Made by a program: the position numbers and the translations under genes
Assembly: GCA_031406595.1 (NCBI GenBank)
Contig: JANOHQ010000256.1
Location: 1 to 48,832 of the forward strand
From: Chitinophagaceae bacterium
Lineage (GTDB): Bacteria; Bacteroidota; Bacteroidia; Chitinophagales; Chitinophagaceae
Direction of reading: 5' to 3'
DNA length: 48,832 nucleotides
Shown here: in pieces, positions 46,210-48,832 of the stretch
Layout of the letters: each line of letters starts with the position of its first letter
Numbering within the stretch: position 1 is the first letter of the stretch
Notes under the pieces: generated by a model
Databases searched by the model: none
What the model was told of the DNA's origin: nothing
The model's input: only the letters and a program-made list of their open reading frames with translations

Positions 46210-46773
46210 TTAAAAACTGAAGGGAACGGAAACTTTTATAGTATCCCATCCAATAATAAGATTGAAGCCAAGCGTTGATTTTTCAAAACCCATGGCGAGT
46301 GATTCAATAGGGCTGTCCGTTTTCTGTACAGGCACATCTGTTCTCACCACATCTTTTTTTATATTGTATTTAAAAGAACCCCAGGTATCAGTGTCTTTGT
46401 TGATAATGATCGTCCAGCTGGTTTCATTGGCGATGGCATATAATGTATAACGTCCCTTGCTGACTTTTTTCCCGCCGATCCTCACATTTTTATAAAATTC
46501 GATCTCGGTGGCTTCATTCGCACCCAGCCTCCAGACTTCCCCGTATTTTACCAGCCCGCCATAGATCGTCCTGCCAGCTTTTTGCGGGCGGCTGTAAACC
46601 ACCCTGGCGGTCAACGGATCGGTTACCTTGTCCTGGATCTTCAATACCGGGTAACCAGCCGGATAATAGCTCATATCCATCGGCGATTTATCTACAGGGG
46701 GTAGTGGACCTTGTGCCATAAGGCCAATAAAACAACATTGAAACAGGACTACTAATGCAATGGCTTTTTTCAT
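46210..46773 (-). CDS. DUF2911 family exported protein (paralog)
   Basis: YSRPQKAGR, YGEVWRLGANEATE, shared SPMDMSYYP. Confidence 0.9.
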   Translation of the reverse strand: MKKAIALVVLFQCCFIGLMAQGPLPPVDKSPMDMSYYPAGYPVLKIQDKVTDPLTARVVYSRPQKAGRTIYGGLVKYGEVWRLGANEATEIEFYKNVRIGGKKVSKGRYTLYAIANETSWTIIINKDTDTWGSFKYNIKKDVVRTDVPVQKTDSPIESLAMGFEKSTLGFNLIIGWDTIKVSVPFSF

Positions 46774-46845
46774 CGTTTAATATTTAGACTCTGTTCTGAA
46801 TTAGTATATATACAAAAATAGCTGATTTGCAGTTCAGGATTGAAG

Positions 46846-47454
46846 CTACGGTTCGGATTCCGGACCATTTTGCAGCAAGTCAAATTGGTGCCGGGCAAAG
46901 GGTTTCGCAAATGCCCAGAAATGACGGAAACAATCCTCCAAAAGTTGGTAGTGCTGCTCAAATAAACGAAAGGCGGTCTCACTTTCCGTCAGGTAAAGAG
47001 AGCGCCGCACCACACCGCCCAGGCTTTTTTCGGCACCCCAGCGGGTTCTGTAATTGTACAACCAGTTATGTTGCTTCATATACGGGAACATAAGGGCGAA
47101 TTTTTCCGGGAACCAGGGGCTTTGTTTTTCCAGCGTGGTATAAACCGAATTCGAAAAATCAAACAATGATCCATCCGTGAAATCAGCCGGATCATTGGCC
47201 AGGAAATGATCGTATACCACATCGACAAAAGCCCCACTATACAGACGGTAATCCGGGCGAAAAACTTGCTTGGCTTCTTTGGTGGCCTCGTGCGTATCGG
47301 TGAACTCGTCGATCAGGCGATGTAACGTAATACCATGCTGGATAGTTACAGGGTAAGCAAATTTCTTTTTGCCTTTGACAAAATCACTGATCATATTCCC
47401 CGCCAGTATCTCCGGGTGACCAAAACTCAGGTATGCATGTGCGAGGTAATTGAT
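46846..47454 (-). CDS. acpH: Acyl carrier protein phosphodiesterase (DUF479); start position reads ATC
   Basis: (I)NYLAHAYLS...GNMISDFVKG, LHRLIDEFTD.H, DVVYDHFLA; extends 20 codons upstream of the ORF-track start. Confidence 0.8.
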   Translation of the reverse strand: MNYLAHAYLSFGHPEILAGNMISDFVKGKKKFAYPVTIQHGITLHRLIDEFTDTHEATKEAKQVFRPDYRLYSGAFVDVVYDHFLANDPADFTDGSLFDFSNSVYTTLEKQSPWFPEKFALMFPYMKQHNWLYNYRTRWGAEKSLGGVVRRSLYLTESETAFRLFEQHYQLLEDCFRHFWAFAKPFARHQFDLLQNGPESEP

Positions 47455-47463
47455 AGGAAGAGT

Positions 47464-48123
47464 TTATTGGTGAACGTTTTGTTTTTTATGCAAATAGTAA
47501 GAAAAAATGCCCGGAATAATTGTTAGAGTGAGGGTTATGAATAGGAAAAAAAAGGGCGCTCCCTTCTCACTGCTAAATAAGCAGATGATAGCCAGAAACA
47601 GTCCGCCGGCGAACCAAATCTTACCAGCAAGCAAATGTGTTCTTCGCCAGTTTTCTTTATTATTCAATGTCCATTTTGTCCGATAGCCCGCAAAATAATT
47701 CGGTTTGATATTATGCATATAATTGCCCATGATACACCAGACCAGGCCTATTGCGCCAAATATTATCCTGGCCTTAAAAGGAGTACCACTACCCGTGGAA
47801 TTATAAAGTAAATAGCAAGTGATACCGGAAATAAAGACACTGATAGCGAAGGCCATCCGCCCCATGCGATCTTTGTTCTCTTTTCCATTTCTTTTGGCAT
47901 CGATCCTGTGAGCATTCGCCAATAACAGGTACAAAGCGATGTTCACAGCAGTCAATATACCAACTATCAGTGGTAAATCGTTTTTACTGCCAAACCTTTC
48001 CGCATTGCCACCAAGGTCAAAAGAAGTGGTAATTTTTTCAGGTAGTTTGCTCCAGATAATCGCTAAATAAATCGCCGGGATCACCACTATTACCCAAACA
48101 ATTTTGTTTAATACCTTATTCAT
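47464..48123 (-). CDS. SdpI family membrane protein
   Basis: LPE.I...F...G; GNYM...KPNYFAGYRT.WTL....NW..TH..AGK.W. Confidence 0.9.
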   Translation of the reverse strand: MNKVLNKIVWVIVVIPAIYLAIIWSKLPEKITTSFDLGGNAERFGSKNDLPLIVGILTAVNIALYLLLANAHRIDAKRNGKENKDRMGRMAFAISVFISGITCYLLYNSTGSGTPFKARIIFGAIGLVWCIMGNYMHNIKPNYFAGYRTKWTLNNKENWRRTHLLAGKIWFAGGLFLAIICLFSSEKGAPFFFLFITLTLTIIPGIFSYYLHKKQNVHQ

Positions 48124-48125
48124 AA

Positions 48126-48389
48126 CTATTTCTTTTTTGCTTTGAATTGCAAGAACCATTTCATGATCTCGTCCATGACAGTCGTATTCAAAGAATAGTA
48201 AACAAACTGCCCCTCTTTCTGCGCTGTTACCAGCTTGGCCTGTTTCAGCAGATCCAGGTGATGCGAGATGCTGGGAAAGGAAATGCTGAACTGGTCGGCG
48301 ATATCACCGGCTGTCATATCCTTTTCCTGGAGTAACCGCAGGATCTCCCGGCGGGTAGGGTCATTCAGCGCTTTAAATACTGTGTTCAT
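48126..48389 (-). CDS. ArsR/SdpR-type transcriptional repressor
   Basis: FKALNDPTRREIL.LL, SISHHLDLLKQA.LV, GQFVYYSLNTTV; directly upstream of the sdpI-like gene. Confidence 0.92.
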   Translation of the reverse strand: MNTVFKALNDPTRREILRLLQEKDMTAGDIADQFSISFPSISHHLDLLKQAKLVTAQKEGQFVYYSLNTTVMDEIMKWFLQFKAKKK

Positions 48390-48406
48390 CAGGACTTGTA
48401 ATTGTA

Positions 48407-48428
48407 TATTTAGACAAATGTCTAAATA
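48407..48428. promoter_or_regulatory. Putative ArsR/SdpR operator
   Basis: Perfect 10-2-10 inverted repeat TATTTAGACA-AA-TGTCTAAATA, 18 bp upstream of the repressor start. Confidence 0.75.
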
Positions 48429-48695
48429 ATAATCAATTTCTCCAAATTTTTACAATCATTATTTTTTGATTTATCTGATAAATGGCGTTAAAAAATGTTC
48501 AGCGGTTAGTATTGAGCAACTTCTGTTAACAGCAATTAACAGTCGCCTCCATTAATCCTCCGCAGGCGTCCTTTGGACACAATTGGCTTGTGCCCGGTTG
48601 TAACCTGTTCTACTTTTGAACCGTCTTATTGATCATCCCGCTAACAAAGGGAATTAATAAAAAGACCTGAAACCTTAAATCAAAAAAACCAACAC

Positions 48696-48832
48696 ATGAA
48701 AAAGATAGTTGTAACCCTGGCGATCGCAGTAAGCTCACTCAGCGCATTTGCCGGTACCGATACCAACTTTGACAATGTTAACCAGAAATTTCTGGATTCC
48801 TTCAAAAATGTGTTCTTCACCGCTATACAATT
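48696..48832 (+). CDS. Exported hypothetical protein (3'-truncated by window edge)
   Basis: MKKIVVTLAIAVSSLSAFA signal peptide; open to the end of the window. Confidence 0.65.
   Translation, partial: MKKIVVTLAIAVSSLSAFAGTDTNFDNVNQKFLDSFKNVFFTAIQ

Noticed and set aside
33-48335. Numerous short antisense and alternate-frame ORFs in the supplied track
   Set aside because: They lie within well-supported genes and show no independent motifs

Overview
Chromosomal window from a Bacteroidota genome, most likely Chitinophagaceae (T9SS C-terminal domain protein, coaX-OMP-lptC synteny, TAnnTTTG promoters). It carries core and housekeeping genes (typA, meaB, coaX, lptC, lysS, asnB, a cystathionine lyase/synthase, a FAH-family hydrolase) mixed with accessory genes. 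I saw no rRNA, tRNA, CRISPR array, integrase or transposase. The most interesting signals are non-coding. (1) A GxxExxY nuclease-family gene is bracketed by 26-bp TTAA-ended inverted repeats and sits inside a FAH/flavin-reductase operon; gene-less relatives of the repeat occur elsewhere in the window. (2) Several short palindrome families are nested inside one another and also lie in-frame inside proteins (asnB, a GH9-deacetylase linker, the O-antigen ligase). (3) A TonB-domain gene is flanked by a 65-bp duplication of the neighbouring SDR gene's 3' end, with mostly synonymous differences. (4) Two genes look like integron cassettes with attC-like ends but no integrase nearby. (5) There is a LytTR-type 21-bp-phased repeat array, an unannotated 48-aa membrane peptide, and an ACP phosphodiesterase whose start position reads ATC. 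Product calls rest on motif recognition only; no searches were run.
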